A stretch of DNA of 63,254 nt from Cellvibrionaceae bacterium (GTDB lineage Bacteria; Chloroflexota; Anaerolineae; Promineifilales; Promineifilaceae): the NCBI GenBank assembly GCA_047638855.1, contig JBLIMP010000001.1, forward strand, positions 1-63,254, read 5' to 3'. The notes beneath the pieces are model-generated. The model was not told where the DNA came from. It ran no database searches and was given only the letters and a program-made list of their open reading frames with translations. Within the stretch, counting starts at the first letter, position 1, and the number at the start of each line of letters is the position of its first letter. Below are positions 45,398 to 55,664 of the stretch, piece after piece. The position numbers and the translations under genes were made by a program.

Positions 45398-46147
45398 TTA
45401 AATTCTTAATATTCGGGCGGCGTTCCCACCCAAGACCATTTTCTTGGCCTCGTCCGAAATATCGGCCGTGATGATTTTTCCAATCTGCGAACGGGGGTCC
45501 ATCAAGGGAATGTCTGAGCCAAATAAAACCCGATCTGCGCCCGCTTCATTGACCAAACGTTCGATGACACCTGGTGATCGAAAGGTCGAACAGGTTTCCA
45601 AATAGACGTTTGGGTGTGCTTGGGCGGCCGCAATCGCCTCATTCCGCGCCTCTTCCACATTGCCCGAATGGCCTGCCACAAAGTTTGCGTCAGGGAACAT
45701 CGGGGCGATTTCAGCCAAAAAGCGTGGCCGATTGGTCGGGAAATGGTCGGTATGAAAAATGATAGCCAACTTGCGCTCATTCGCAAACTCATAAATCGGA
45801 TACCAGACTGGTTCGTTAAACGGCCAAGGGGTGTACGGTGGATAAAGTTTGATCGCCACAAAATTTAATTCATCAATTGCTCGATTGAGCTCAGGAATCA
45901 TCCGTTCTGGCATCAGCGGTGACACATAAGCAAAGCCGACAAAGCGGTCGGGATGCTGGGCGATAAAACGGGCATTAATATCATTGCTTGTCGTCCCATC
46001 TGGCTGAAAGATGTGGAACAGACAGGCCACATCAACCCCAGCTAAATCCATTGTGCGCAACATCGCTTCGGGGTCATCAACAAAGCCGATGCTGTCCTGC
46101 CGGCCGGAGTGGCCGTGAAAATCGATAATTCGGTTGCCTTCAATCAC
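45398..46147 (-). CDS. Amidohydro_2 (ACMSD-like metal-dependent hydrolase/decarboxylase) family protein
   Basis: N-terminal IDFHGH metal motif, an AGHSG motif and a late GSD motif; 249 aa. Confidence 0.7.
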   Translation of the reverse strand: MIEGNRIIDFHGHSGRQDSIGFVDDPEAMLRTMDLAGVDVACLFHIFQPDGTTSNDINARFIAQHPDRFVGFAYVSPLMPERMIPELNRAIDELNFVAIKLYPPYTPWPFNEPVWYPIYEFANERKLAIIFHTDHFPTNRPRFLAEIAPMFPDANFVAGHSGNVEEARNEAIAAAQAHPNVYLETCSTFRSPGVIERLVNEAGADRVLFGSDIPLMDPRSQIGKIITADISDEAKKMVLGGNAARILRI

Positions 46148-46922
46148 GCTGACCTCCTCCTGCTAAAATGCGTTCTAAGTTACCGGCGCAAACCAAAGCC
46201 AACTGCTCGTCGTTCCAGCCACAGTGATGGGTGTAAAAAAGAATGGGACCCATCGCATAATTTGAATACCAAGAGCCGTATAACAAACGATCAGCCCCAA
46301 CGTCTTGACTCAACGCTTCAAATTGATTCATTGGTTCAAATCGACTGAGTTCTAGATAGGAATTGGGGAGTGCTTGAAGCATCGGCCGCACCCACATATA
46401 GTGTGAGTAATGTGCACCTACCAAAACGGTCACCAGCTTTGGATACCGTTGCAACGTATCCATCAACTCATCGGCATCTGACTCGGGTAGTGGAATCCAC
46501 AGCGGAATCCCAGCGTCGCTCAACCAGCTCAACATTTCATCGTAAGCCCAGCTTCTGAATGGCAATCCGGCTGAGCGCGAATTATGCAGGCGCACCGCTC
46601 GTGCCCGGCCGGCAGTGTGCAATGCTTTGATTTGGTTTAGAGATTCAGCCGTCGGCATCATCATCCACTGTGCTTCCAAACGATCATCTTTATTAGACAA
46701 CGACCCTTCAGACAACCATTCTTCTAAGAAGCGATTTCCATCAACCGGACTGAGCAATTCACCTTGAGCGTGATAAATCAATGCCTTATCAACCCCGTGA
46801 CGATCCATTTCAGCCAGTAAGTCAGCCCGATTACGGCTGGGCGCAACCTCATCACGCCGATCACCAACACGGACGTTGGCATCAAATACGGGGACTTTTG
46901 CTTTGAAATTCAGTGTCGGCAT
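46140..46922 (-). CDS. Amidohydro_2-like TIM-barrel protein (divergent; N-terminal HxH not evident)
   Basis: 260 aa with a fold pattern and C-terminal LLYGSWY similar to its neighbours. Its 3' end overlaps the downstream gene start by 8 nt. Confidence 0.55.
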   Translation of the reverse strand: MPTLNFKAKVPVFDANVRVGDRRDEVAPSRNRADLLAEMDRHGVDKALIYHAQGELLSPVDGNRFLEEWLSEGSLSNKDDRLEAQWMMMPTAESLNQIKALHTAGRARAVRLHNSRSAGLPFRSWAYDEMLSWLSDAGIPLWIPLPESDADELMDTLQRYPKLVTVLVGAHYSHYMWVRPMLQALPNSYLELSRFEPMNQFEALSQDVGADRLLYGSWYSNYAMGPILFYTHHCGWNDEQLALVCAGNLERILAGGGQRD

Positions 46923-46924
46923 AT

Positions 46925-47800
46925 TTAATTTACCTTGACCCGATACGAGACTCGCTGGAGGCGATCATGGTCAGATTCCCGTGTTCCTTCAAGCGCGTAA
47001 GTCGTGAGTGGCAGGGTGTAATGGGTTTCAGCATTGAGCGAAATAAATGCTTCAGCGTAAGGGACACCGCCAGCCATACCCATCGCACCATCACTTGTTT
47101 CGATCCGTTTACGCGCATACGCGCCACCATAACCTTGGCTGACTAAGGCATCAAGGCAAGCGATCTTTTTGTCCACCACATCGGTAATATCGATAAAAAC
47201 ATCGTTGTAATATCCGCCATGTGCGTCCCAGACTTGGCGACGGGGAATAGCGGCCGCCCCGGTGCCAAAGTAGAAGACTTGCCCCACTTTATGGGGCGGA
47301 TTACGGTCGCCAGGATCAACGGCCGCCGCCAAACTCATGGCTGCAATAACAATATGGCCGGTTACCGCATGGGGGTTGACCAGCCCATCCCCTTCTCTGG
47401 GGAAATGGGTCAGGACCACGTTCGGCCGGAACTCACGGAGCAAACGGGCCAAGCGTTTAACTAGCACGGGCTCGACCTGCAAGAGCGCATCGTCAGCCCC
47501 GAAAAAATGGATTTCTTCAACCCCCAATAATAAACAAGCTTCACGAGTTTCTTGAGCTTTGACATCAGCCCGCTCACTCATTAATGCGGTTAGCTCAGCC
47601 GCCTCCGGCACTTCAGATCGTTTGTGCATCTCATCGCTAATCACCTTGTCGTGGACGCGTGCCCCGTGGGTCAGCACCGCACAGCCAACATAATCCCCTT
47701 TGCTCACATGGTGGGCCATTGTGCCCCCAGATTGATCAAAGATGTCGGCCGGGTGCGCCCCAATCGATAGAATTCGTAATGTTTCGTTTGTTAAAGTCAT
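46925..47800 (-). CDS. PIG-L/LmbE-family N-deacetylase
   Basis: LSIGAHPADI (a variant of AHPDD) and a later HPH-type motif (VNPHAVTGH); 291 aa. Confidence 0.7.
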   Translation of the reverse strand: MTLTNETLRILSIGAHPADIFDQSGGTMAHHVSKGDYVGCAVLTHGARVHDKVISDEMHKRSEVPEAAELTALMSERADVKAQETREACLLLGVEEIHFFGADDALLQVEPVLVKRLARLLREFRPNVVLTHFPREGDGLVNPHAVTGHIVIAAMSLAAAVDPGDRNPPHKVGQVFYFGTGAAAIPRRQVWDAHGGYYNDVFIDITDVVDKKIACLDALVSQGYGGAYARKRIETSDGAMGMAGGVPYAEAFISLNAETHYTLPLTTYALEGTRESDHDRLQRVSYRVKVN

Positions 47801-47820
47801 TAGATTAAATTAACCAACTC

Positions 47821-48747
47821 TCACGACGGAACCCAATCGGGAAACTCGTCATGAAAAACTTTTTTGACTACTTGATACTGTTCTTCGGTAAAACCTTTGT
47901 ACGGTGACAAAAGTCGTAAGGGCATCTCTTCTAATCCGCCCAACCGCACCAAAACTTTATCGTAAGCGCCATCCATCCGATTTTCATGGCGCAATTTGCT
48001 CCATAGCGTTGAGCCAAATTTATGGAAAGCGTGTTGCAGTTTAATCGCCTCTGCGATATTTCCACTGCGCCCAGCTTCAAATAGAGCTTTCACTTTATGC
48101 GGTGAGGTAGGGCCGGTGGAAGACAAAATTGAACACTCACCAACCATGCAACCGTGGGCAAAATTTGTTTCTCCCAAAAAGTGCTGTAATTCTCCAGCCT
48201 CACTGACCAAGGCAACGGCCCGAGCCATCCCCCCGACCGTATTTTTCGTCGCAACCAGATTGGGAATTTCGTCGATCAAACGGCGATAATCGGCCGCCTG
48301 CAAAACTCGCCCTGCACGAGGCAAGTTGTAGTGCAAAAATTTCGCATCAGGATAAGAGCCACACACATCTTTAAAAAAGGTCAGTACCTCGTCGTCATTA
48401 AGAGCGCCCCAAGGTGGCATCGCCATTTGGAAGACACGAAAGCCAACTTTGTAAGCGTAGTGAAGCTTTTCCATCATCGTCCCTGTCGAAAGGGCGATCA
48501 AACCGACCATCGGGTGAACATCATCTCCTCGCGTTTCTTCGTAGAAGATGTCAACGATGCGCCGGAATTGGGCGGTGTTAACCGCATGTCCTTCGCCCGC
48601 CGTACCAAAAATATAGAGGTGCTTGTAATTTTCTAGCGTGTGCTGAATTTCTCGACGAAAAATATCTTCAAGTAAGTTTTCGTTTTCGTCCCACGGCACT
48701 TCGCAAGAAACCAAAATCGCTTGTGGATAACGGGCCATACTTTTCAC
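47821..48747 (-). CDS. dihydrodipicolinate synthase-family (class I aldolase) protein
   Basis: GTAGEG motif and VATKNT (candidate Schiff-base Lys); 308 aa. Confidence 0.65.
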   Translation of the reverse strand: MKSMARYPQAILVSCEVPWDENENLLEDIFRREIQHTLENYKHLYIFGTAGEGHAVNTAQFRRIVDIFYEETRGDDVHPMVGLIALSTGTMMEKLHYAYKVGFRVFQMAMPPWGALNDDEVLTFFKDVCGSYPDAKFLHYNLPRAGRVLQAADYRRLIDEIPNLVATKNTVGGMARAVALVSEAGELQHFLGETNFAHGCMVGECSILSSTGPTSPHKVKALFEAGRSGNIAEAIKLQHAFHKFGSTLWSKLRHENRMDGAYDKVLVRLGGLEEMPLRLLSPYKGFTEEQYQVVKKVFHDEFPDWVPS

Positions 48748-49139
48748 TTTCCTCCAATTTTGACCAAAATACGGTCATTCTTAATTAAAACGGGATAGGT
48801 TGTTAATTTAACTGCCTGATCAAAGAGACTACAACCGGTTAATAAATCAAATTCCCAGCCATGCCACGGACATCGCAATACTTGTCCTTCCATCCCCCAG
48901 ACATATTCACCAAATTCTGAGGGGACATAGGTGCCGCTTACATCACCTAAACAAACCGGTGCTTGATCGTGAATACAAGAATTTTTAATGGCACAAAATC
49001 GGCCGTCTACATTAAAAACGCCAATCGTTTGCTGTCCGACTTTTATTAGTTTTCTCTGGCCCGGCCGAATATCGGTTATTGGGCCCAAATCGTGCTCAGC
49101 CATAGGAAATTTTCGCACGGGCAACACAGTTTGATACAA
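48744..49139 (-). CDS. Rieske [2Fe-2S] domain protein (small ferredoxin-type)
   Basis: CIHDQ ... CPWHGWEF CxH/CxxH cluster ligands. An alternative start is at 49103. Confidence 0.8.
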   Translation of the reverse strand: MYQTVLPVRKFPMAEHDLGPITDIRPGQRKLIKVGQQTIGVFNVDGRFCAIKNSCIHDQAPVCLGDVSGTYVPSEFGEYVWGMEGQVLRCPWHGWEFDLLTGCSLFDQAVKLTTYPVLIKNDRILVKIGGK

Positions 49140-49153
49140 AAATGTGATAGCCC

Positions 49154-50254
49154 CTATAACTTAAATAACGCTTCCGCATTTTCATGAAATATTTTGCGCC
49201 GATAGTCGCGCGGAAGCCGATTGATGACATGCATCGCATCAAAATCCCAATGGGGATAATCGCTGGCATACAGAAGCATGTCTTGGGCATCAATCATGTC
49301 GAATATCTGCCGGAGCCAATCGGGATTTGATGGTTCTTCAATCGGCTGTGTCGTGAAGTAACAGTGGTTTTTGATGTACGTGCTGGGGAGCTGACGCACC
49401 CATGGGGCATCTGCCCGTAACGATTTGTAGTTCTTATCCATGCGCCACATGAGCTGTGGCAACCAAGCGACGCCTCCTTCTATAAAAACCCATTTGAGCG
49501 TCGGGAATTTTTCGAACACCCCTTCAGCGATGATGCTGATCAGCTGTACTTGAAAAATAGTGGGCAACGCTGTGTGATATTCAAAGAAGGTGCGTGGATA
49601 GCCAACGGCCGTCACCGGATGGGCTATTCCTGTACCTGCGGCGGCCGGATGTATAGCAACCGGCAAATCGTGTCGGACGGCCGCTTCATAGATGGGGTAA
49701 TAAAATTTTTGCCCGTAAGGTGATGTCGATGTAGCCCCCATGATGACCATTACCATGTCATCTCGGTCGCCAAGTCGGTCGATTTCGGCCGCGGCCGCTT
49801 GCGGGTCATTTGAGTTGACCGCAATTGCGCCCCGCAACTGTGAGTAAGGCTCCAGCCAATGTTCAATCGTAAAATCGTTAAATGCTGCGATTACCGCATT
49901 GGCATATTCATGATGAGGATGTGTGTTCCAGCCGTAAATCTCACCCGTTAAAATCGCTATATCAACTTTGTTGTCATCACAAAGTTGGCGCAACAGTAAT
50001 TCGGGATCAGATCCAGGCGCAGCACCGTTTTCAGGATACGCATCTTTGCGCCGATGCCCAGCCGGGGACAGATAGCCGAGTCCACCCACCCGCGACCCAG
50101 CCTCCATGATGCGTGATCGCCAAGGTTGATTTAAATAAGGTTGTAAATCGGACCAATCTGCCACTGTGTGATGCACATCGCTATCAATAATACGGTAGCG
50201 ACGTGCTGATTCTGTTTGGCGGATTGGCACTTCTTCTTCCTTTACTACATTCAT
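49154..50254 (-). CDS. Amidohydro_2 family protein
   Basis: IIDSDVHH N-terminal metal motif and a late SDYPHWD motif; 366 aa. Confidence 0.75.
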   Translation of the reverse strand: MNVVKEEEVPIRQTESARRYRIIDSDVHHTVADWSDLQPYLNQPWRSRIMEAGSRVGGLGYLSPAGHRRKDAYPENGAAPGSDPELLLRQLCDDNKVDIAILTGEIYGWNTHPHHEYANAVIAAFNDFTIEHWLEPYSQLRGAIAVNSNDPQAAAAEIDRLGDRDDMVMVIMGATSTSPYGQKFYYPIYEAAVRHDLPVAIHPAAAGTGIAHPVTAVGYPRTFFEYHTALPTIFQVQLISIIAEGVFEKFPTLKWVFIEGGVAWLPQLMWRMDKNYKSLRADAPWVRQLPSTYIKNHCYFTTQPIEEPSNPDWLRQIFDMIDAQDMLLYASDYPHWDFDAMHVINRLPRDYRRKIFHENAEALFKL

Positions 50255-50309
50255 CTTTCGGCCTATATTCGGCCGCCTGTTATGACCTTTTTATCAGTCT
50301 ACAAGGGGC

Positions 50310-50990
50310 CTACACTGGAAAATCTTGCAACCGGAAATGAGCATGCATCGCGAATCGTGCAGCGACAACGTCGGCCGCACGCAACGCATCCACAATGCGC
50401 CGATGCTCAATCACGATCCGGTCTGGATTGCGTCGAATGGCAGATGGGTCTTCAGAGAGTGTTCGCCGAAACATGTCATAAACCAATGGCGCCATCTCTT
50501 CAATGACTTTGTTTTTGGTCGCTTTTAGCAACGCAAGGTGAAATTCAATATCTTCTTTGATTGTGCTTTTACCCGCACTATGCTTGTCTTCGTACACCTG
50601 AAGAATTTTCTCTAGATTGGTGATTTCACTTGGGGTGATACGACTAACGATCAAGCCAACCGCTCCGATTTCTAAAGCGGCGCGCGCTTCACGAACTTCT
50701 TTTGCTGTCGTATCAACTTGACTCACGGTAATCGGCATAGAGATATGGACCGCATGGCGATCAAATTTACTAACAAAGGTCCCTTTGCCAGCAAACTTTT
50801 CAACAACCCCTAGAGCCACAAGTGTGCTCAATGATTCACGAATGATATTACGGCTAACCGCAAGCATTTCGCTTAACTCACGCTCGCTGGGTAGCTGAGT
50901 GCCTTCGGCTAAATCTTCAGACAATATATAGCGTTTTAAGGTGTCTGCTGCCTGATGTGTTAAGGTGTCTTTGGATACAGCAGTTAACAT
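50310..50990 (-). CDS. GntR-family transcriptional regulator, FadR subfamily (FCD domain)
   Basis: N-terminal winged HTH (LPSERELSEMLAVSRNIIRESL) and an all-helical C-terminal domain; 226 aa. Confidence 0.85.
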   Translation of the reverse strand: MLTAVSKDTLTHQAADTLKRYILSEDLAEGTQLPSERELSEMLAVSRNIIRESLSTLVALGVVEKFAGKGTFVSKFDRHAVHISMPITVSQVDTTAKEVREARAALEIGAVGLIVSRITPSEITNLEKILQVYEDKHSAGKSTIKEDIEFHLALLKATKNKVIEEMAPLVYDMFRRTLSEDPSAIRRNPDRIVIEHRRIVDALRAADVVAARFAMHAHFRLQDFPV

Positions 50991-51148
50991 AGGATTGCAC
51001 TCCTATGTATTGAATGTGTTGAGGTGATGGTTTGGGATTTCATCTGATAATTATAGTGAGTCAGTTAAGCGTGCAATAACCGCTTACATAAGGGTTGCTG
51101 GGATATTATGTTTGCGAAGGTAGTTTCTGTTTGTCTGGAACCTTTGAG

Positions 51149-51175
51149 TGGTTCACTTGAAGTACCAGTATACCA
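51149..51175 (+). promoter_or_regulatory. 27-nt conserved box, candidate GntR operator (site 1, upstream of the GntR gene)
   Basis: TGGTTCACTTGAAGTACCAGTATACCA lies 159-185 nt upstream of the GntR start. It is identical to site 2 at 26/27 positions and contains the palindrome ACTTGAAGT and a GTATAC core. Confidence 0.45.
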
Positions 51176-51369
51176 AAAAGTATTTCATTCGCAACGCTTA
51201 CATCAGCTAGATCAGGGTGATGGCTGAACAAGTTTAGATTCCGCCGATTGAACAGCTAAAGAGCTTTAACTCTGTTTCATCTGTGGAAGAGTTGCTGATT
51301 GCAGGAAATGTTCTAGCCCAAGGAAAAAGCCTATGATGGCTGATTAATTGCGTTGGATTTAACCCTGAA

Positions 51370-53511
51370 CTAATCACCGATCCTTACCACTTTAATTCGA
51401 TTGTTAAAATGATCACTGATCAATAAGACGTCATCATTTAAGAAAGCTAGCCCGTGTGGCTCATTGAGATGAGCCTTAGTTGCTATGACGCATTCTCCCT
51501 GATCTCCAAATTGCTCGCAACCGGCGACAGTCTCTAAACGGCCGTCGCTCGAAACTCGCCGCACACGGCCGTTGCGTGAGTCTGAAAAGTAAAGCTGGTC
51601 GCTGGCAGAAAGGATGACACCCCAAGGGGTATCGATGTTGGCATCGGTGGCAATTGTGCCGTCGGCCGAAAACCCGGCAGCTCCCGTCCCAACTACCGTT
51701 GAAATAACCCCTTTCTTGTCCACCTTGCGAATAACATGATGGGTACTGTCAGCAAAATAAAGCGCGCCTTGGCTGTCAAGACACAGCGCCGTGGGGCTCC
51801 CGATTTTTGCCTGCGTCGCCAGACTCCAATCGCCCGAATATCCAGATTGCCCTATCCCGGCAATGGTAGTGATGATCCCAGTTTGAGCATTGATGCGTCG
51901 AATACGGCCGACCCCATCCCCTACTAAAATATCATCGTTTGGCGCATGAATAATCGATAATACCGCCACAAAACTGGCGCTTACCGCTGGCCCATGATCC
52001 CCTTTATCCCAGCGGCCGTTGCTCCCGTCCCATGGTAACGTCGTGCCTGCAATCGTTTGAATCGTGCCATCTAACTCAACCCGTCGCAGTCGGCCGTTGC
52101 GACTGTCAGCGATCACGATGCGCCCTAACGAATCGGCCGAAACATCGTGCGGGTTTCCCAAATAGGCTTGAGTGGCCTGTTCATTGTCACCCCCATAAGC
52201 CCGCGCCCCATTTCCAGCTACTGTTTTAATGATGGCTGTTTTTGGATCGATGGCCCGAATACGCTGGTTCCAGACATCAGCGATAAAAATCATCCCATCT
52301 TTCCCAATCGATAGCCCGCCGGGGCCATTTAAAAAGCCCTCTATTGCCGGTTCGCCATCATGAACGCTTGTGCCTCCCAACACCGTTGTCACAATTCCGG
52401 TTTTCCCATCATAGCGCCTGATTCGGCCGGAACAATCTCCCCACAAAACCGTACCGTCTGGGTCAGCCCAAATCCCAGCCTCAACAGAATTGCAGTGTGT
52501 TTGTGATCCATGCAGTCCTTCCTCACCAAAGCCAGGAACCCCATTGCCGACAAGTGTTGTGACAATGCCGGTATTGGCGTCAACTTTGCGGACCCGAAAA
52601 CCGTATTTCTCCCCTACATAAAGATTATCGTGGTTGTCTAAACAGATCGCGTCTGGCATCAAGATACTGGCATTGGTCGCCAAACCACCGTCTCCGTTTG
52701 AAGATTGTTGGCCATTCCCCAAAACAGTTGTGATGATGCCGGTTGCCATATCGATTTTGCGGATGCGGTGATTGGCATTATCACATACGTATAAGTCTCC
52801 TTTTGAATCAAAGGCGAGATGTTCAGGGTTGTGAAAAGCTGCGTCACGAGCGGGGCCGCCATCGCCGTGAAACCCCATCAGACTAAGATTGGAGCCGAAA
52901 ATCGGCCGACTTTGCCCTTGACCGATTTCAGAGGGGTAGTCTCGGCCGTCTTGCCCTGCAAATAGCTCAATGATGCCGGTTTTGGCGTCGACCCGCCGTA
53001 TGTTGTTCCCCCATTCGCTGGACAGATAGAGATTGCCCTCATCATCAATCGCAATTCCGCAAGTTGTGTCGAGCTCAGCGTCTAAGGCTGACCCACCATC
53101 GCCACCACGCCCTTTTCGGCCGCTTCCCGCAACACGGGTGATGATGCCTGTTTTGTGGTCGATACGCCGATAAGTGTAGTTGCCTAAATCTGATAGAAAA
53201 AGGTTGCCATGTTTATCTTGAGTGAGATCGTGCGGGCCAAAAAAACGAGCTTGTTTAGCAGGTCCATCATCACCAGAATTTCCAGGTACACCATCCCCGG
53301 CAAATGCGTGCAGCACCCCTTCTTGATCGATGCGCCACAGCCGATGGGCCTGATAATCGACGACGATCAAATCGCCGTCCGGCCGACGGACGACCCCTAA
53401 CGGCCAACCGGCATCGGCCTCTTTGGCTGGCACACCGTCACGATAACCAGCACCAGCGATGGTGCTGATGACTCCTGCGGGTAAAGCTTCAAGATGATCT
53501 AGTAAATTCAT
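51370..53511 (-). CDS. NHL-repeat protein (about 12 blades, probably two six-bladed propellers), no signal peptide
   Basis: A repeating unit of about 55 aa (...P.G.A.D..GNLY.AD..N.RIR..D..TGII.T.AG.G..G..GDGG.A..A) recurs through 713 aa. The N-terminus is not hydrophobic. Confidence 0.8.
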   Translation of the reverse strand: MNLLDHLEALPAGVISTIAGAGYRDGVPAKEADAGWPLGVVRRPDGDLIVVDYQAHRLWRIDQEGVLHAFAGDGVPGNSGDDGPAKQARFFGPHDLTQDKHGNLFLSDLGNYTYRRIDHKTGIITRVAGSGRKGRGGDGGSALDAELDTTCGIAIDDEGNLYLSSEWGNNIRRVDAKTGIIELFAGQDGRDYPSEIGQGQSRPIFGSNLSLMGFHGDGGPARDAAFHNPEHLAFDSKGDLYVCDNANHRIRKIDMATGIITTVLGNGQQSSNGDGGLATNASILMPDAICLDNHDNLYVGEKYGFRVRKVDANTGIVTTLVGNGVPGFGEEGLHGSQTHCNSVEAGIWADPDGTVLWGDCSGRIRRYDGKTGIVTTVLGGTSVHDGEPAIEGFLNGPGGLSIGKDGMIFIADVWNQRIRAIDPKTAIIKTVAGNGARAYGGDNEQATQAYLGNPHDVSADSLGRIVIADSRNGRLRRVELDGTIQTIAGTTLPWDGSNGRWDKGDHGPAVSASFVAVLSIIHAPNDDILVGDGVGRIRRINAQTGIITTIAGIGQSGYSGDWSLATQAKIGSPTALCLDSQGALYFADSTHHVIRKVDKKGVISTVVGTGAAGFSADGTIATDANIDTPWGVILSASDQLYFSDSRNGRVRRVSSDGRLETVAGCEQFGDQGECVIATKAHLNEPHGLAFLNDDVLLISDHFNNRIKVVRIGD

Positions 53512-53525
53512 TTCAGAAACCCCAA

Positions 53526-54500
53526 TTATTTTGACTGCGCATGGACCACATTTTCAAGTGGCTCGCCGCGATAATAACGGCCGATATTGTCCGCAATAAA
53601 CTCAAAACGATAGTTCATCGTTCCGTTTGTTGTCCCGGCGTTATGGGGTGTCATGATGATGTTAGGCAATTCATGAAACGGATAAGTTGCAGGGATGCAG
53701 ACCTCATCTAACGCATTTGGATAAATGTACCAGACGTCGTTTGCAGCCCCAGCGATCACTTTGTCTCGCAACCCTTCATATAAACTCTGCTCATCAACAA
53801 CTGGGCCACGAGCCACATTGACTAAATAGGCCGAATCCTTCATCATCTTGAGCTCTGCCTGACCGACAAATCCGGCCGTTTCGGCCGTATTCGGAATCGC
53901 CACAACGACAAAATCAGCCTGTGGCAAATAGTCGTGCATTTTTGTTAGGCTGTCGATTTGGTTGAGACCTAAGTGCTGACCACGTTCGGCCGATGGCGAA
54001 CGTGTGAGTCCAGTCACCTGCATTCCATAGAATTCCCCCCAGCGAGCCACTTCCGCCCCGATATGACCCAGCCCCAAAACAAGCAGATTACATCCTCGCA
54101 ACTCATTGCGAAACACGCCACCACTCCAGTTACCGGCTCGTAGCGCCGCATCTTGCTTAATCACTTCTCGTTTGAGCATCGCCATCGTCATAAAGCTATA
54201 TTCTGCAACCGCCCATTCGTGCCCGTAAACGTTGCAAACAGCACAGCTTGATGGCAATCCAGCAAAATCAATCCCTTCTGTCCCTGCACCAACCCCTTGT
54301 ACAAGCTTTAAAGGGGCATCTTTTTGGAGCCACTCACCCTTGACAAAAGAGCTAATCATGACATCTACGTCTCGAAGCTTATTTGAATAAGATTCATCGG
54401 TTTCTTTATTGAAAGATGTCAGCTCATGTGGGACTTGAATCAGTTTTCTGAACGTCTCAACGTACTTTTCTAAGACCAAAATACGGATCGGTTTCGTCAT
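53526..54500 (-). CDS. D-isomer-specific 2-hydroxyacid dehydrogenase
   Basis: GLGHIGAEVA NAD motif, NVARG and TPHNAG motifs; 324 aa. Confidence 0.85.
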   Translation of the reverse strand: MTKPIRILVLEKYVETFRKLIQVPHELTSFNKETDESYSNKLRDVDVMISSFVKGEWLQKDAPLKLVQGVGAGTEGIDFAGLPSSCAVCNVYGHEWAVAEYSFMTMAMLKREVIKQDAALRAGNWSGGVFRNELRGCNLLVLGLGHIGAEVARWGEFYGMQVTGLTRSPSAERGQHLGLNQIDSLTKMHDYLPQADFVVVAIPNTAETAGFVGQAELKMMKDSAYLVNVARGPVVDEQSLYEGLRDKVIAGAANDVWYIYPNALDEVCIPATYPFHELPNIIMTPHNAGTTNGTMNYRFEFIADNIGRYYRGEPLENVVHAQSK

Positions 54501-54522
54501 TTCAAACTCCTTTGATCAGGTG

Positions 54523-55659
54523 CTATGACCTTGTTTTTAAGAGGGCGTATCGGATGTGGGTAATAGACATTTCGGTACACCAAAAACTAAAGAGAATATC
54601 TCCATTGTTCAGCAGATTGGCGGTTGGGGCACCGTAGGCGATTGTGTCGTGAGAGCGTGGATAAGATTCTGGCGCGTCGATGCCCAATCGCTCCCGGCCG
54701 GTTGCGTCCCAAACAACAATTTGGTTGGCGATGTCCCACGTTAAGCCCCAATCGTCAGAGACACAAGCGAAAAAACCAGGAGATGTTTGTTCTCTTGAGG
54801 TATAGATGGCCACAAATCGGCCGTCGCCCAAATCAACCACTGCGTTGGTCTGCCCCAGAATATTGGTGGCCTCTGGAGTACTCCATTCACGGCTGTCGGC
54901 TGTTCCAAAACAGCGGTGAAGCGGAAGGTCGCCCATCGGGTCGCTCATTTCTGCGCTCCAAAAAAGGGCAAAGAGACGTTGATCAGTCAACGGTGTGATT
55001 CGGCCGTGCCAAAAACCTTTGCCCTCTGCCGAACCATTGGCAAAAGAAACCGGTGCATTCCATGTTTTCCCTTTGTCATCAGAAAAGAATCCCACCGTTC
55101 GAGGCTTATAAGGGCCAGGATCGTCAAACGCGTGCCACTGGTCATGGGCTAAAAACCAACGGCCATCTGGCAATTCAACAATGGCCGAACTTGGTGTAAT
55201 GACCATATCAGCCGGTACACCGATTGTTTCAGGCGGTGACCAGGTTACCCCTTTATCGGCTGAGCGTTGCAAAATCAGCTCCAGCTCAGTTAGACCCCCC
55301 GTTTTCTCATTGAAAATCGGCCGATTTGGATCAGAACGATCAACCCGAAACGCTACAAAAACGAGCAACCCATCTCGCATATGAGATATGAACGGACTGT
55401 GATAAGAGTAGGGGCGGTCGTCCAAACTGCGATCAGTGATGAGGGTATGGTCACCCCAAGTTCGGCCGCCATCGTGCGAACGTGCCTGCCAAAAGCTGAG
55501 ATCGGTGGCATACATCCCTTGGCCTCGGTTATAGGTACACAGGAGTTCATCTCCGTCCAAAGGGACGATATGGCTAAAAAGGGCGGTTACATGGGTATAA
55601 CCTGGATCTGGGTTGAGATAAATCGGTCCGCTGCTTAGCAATTCAAGTTTACTCATCAT
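54523..55659 (-). CDS. BNR/Asp-box (sialidase-fold) propeller protein, no signal peptide
   Basis: Four Asp-boxes: SHDGGRTW, SADKGVTW, SDDKGKTW and SDDWGLTW; 378 aa. Confidence 0.75.
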   Translation of the reverse strand: MMSKLELLSSGPIYLNPDPGYTHVTALFSHIVPLDGDELLCTYNRGQGMYATDLSFWQARSHDGGRTWGDHTLITDRSLDDRPYSYHSPFISHMRDGLLVFVAFRVDRSDPNRPIFNEKTGGLTELELILQRSADKGVTWSPPETIGVPADMVITPSSAIVELPDGRWFLAHDQWHAFDDPGPYKPRTVGFFSDDKGKTWNAPVSFANGSAEGKGFWHGRITPLTDQRLFALFWSAEMSDPMGDLPLHRCFGTADSREWSTPEATNILGQTNAVVDLGDGRFVAIYTSREQTSPGFFACVSDDWGLTWDIANQIVVWDATGRERLGIDAPESYPRSHDTIAYGAPTANLLNNGDILFSFWCTEMSITHIRYALLKTRS

Positions 55660-55664
55660 TTCTC

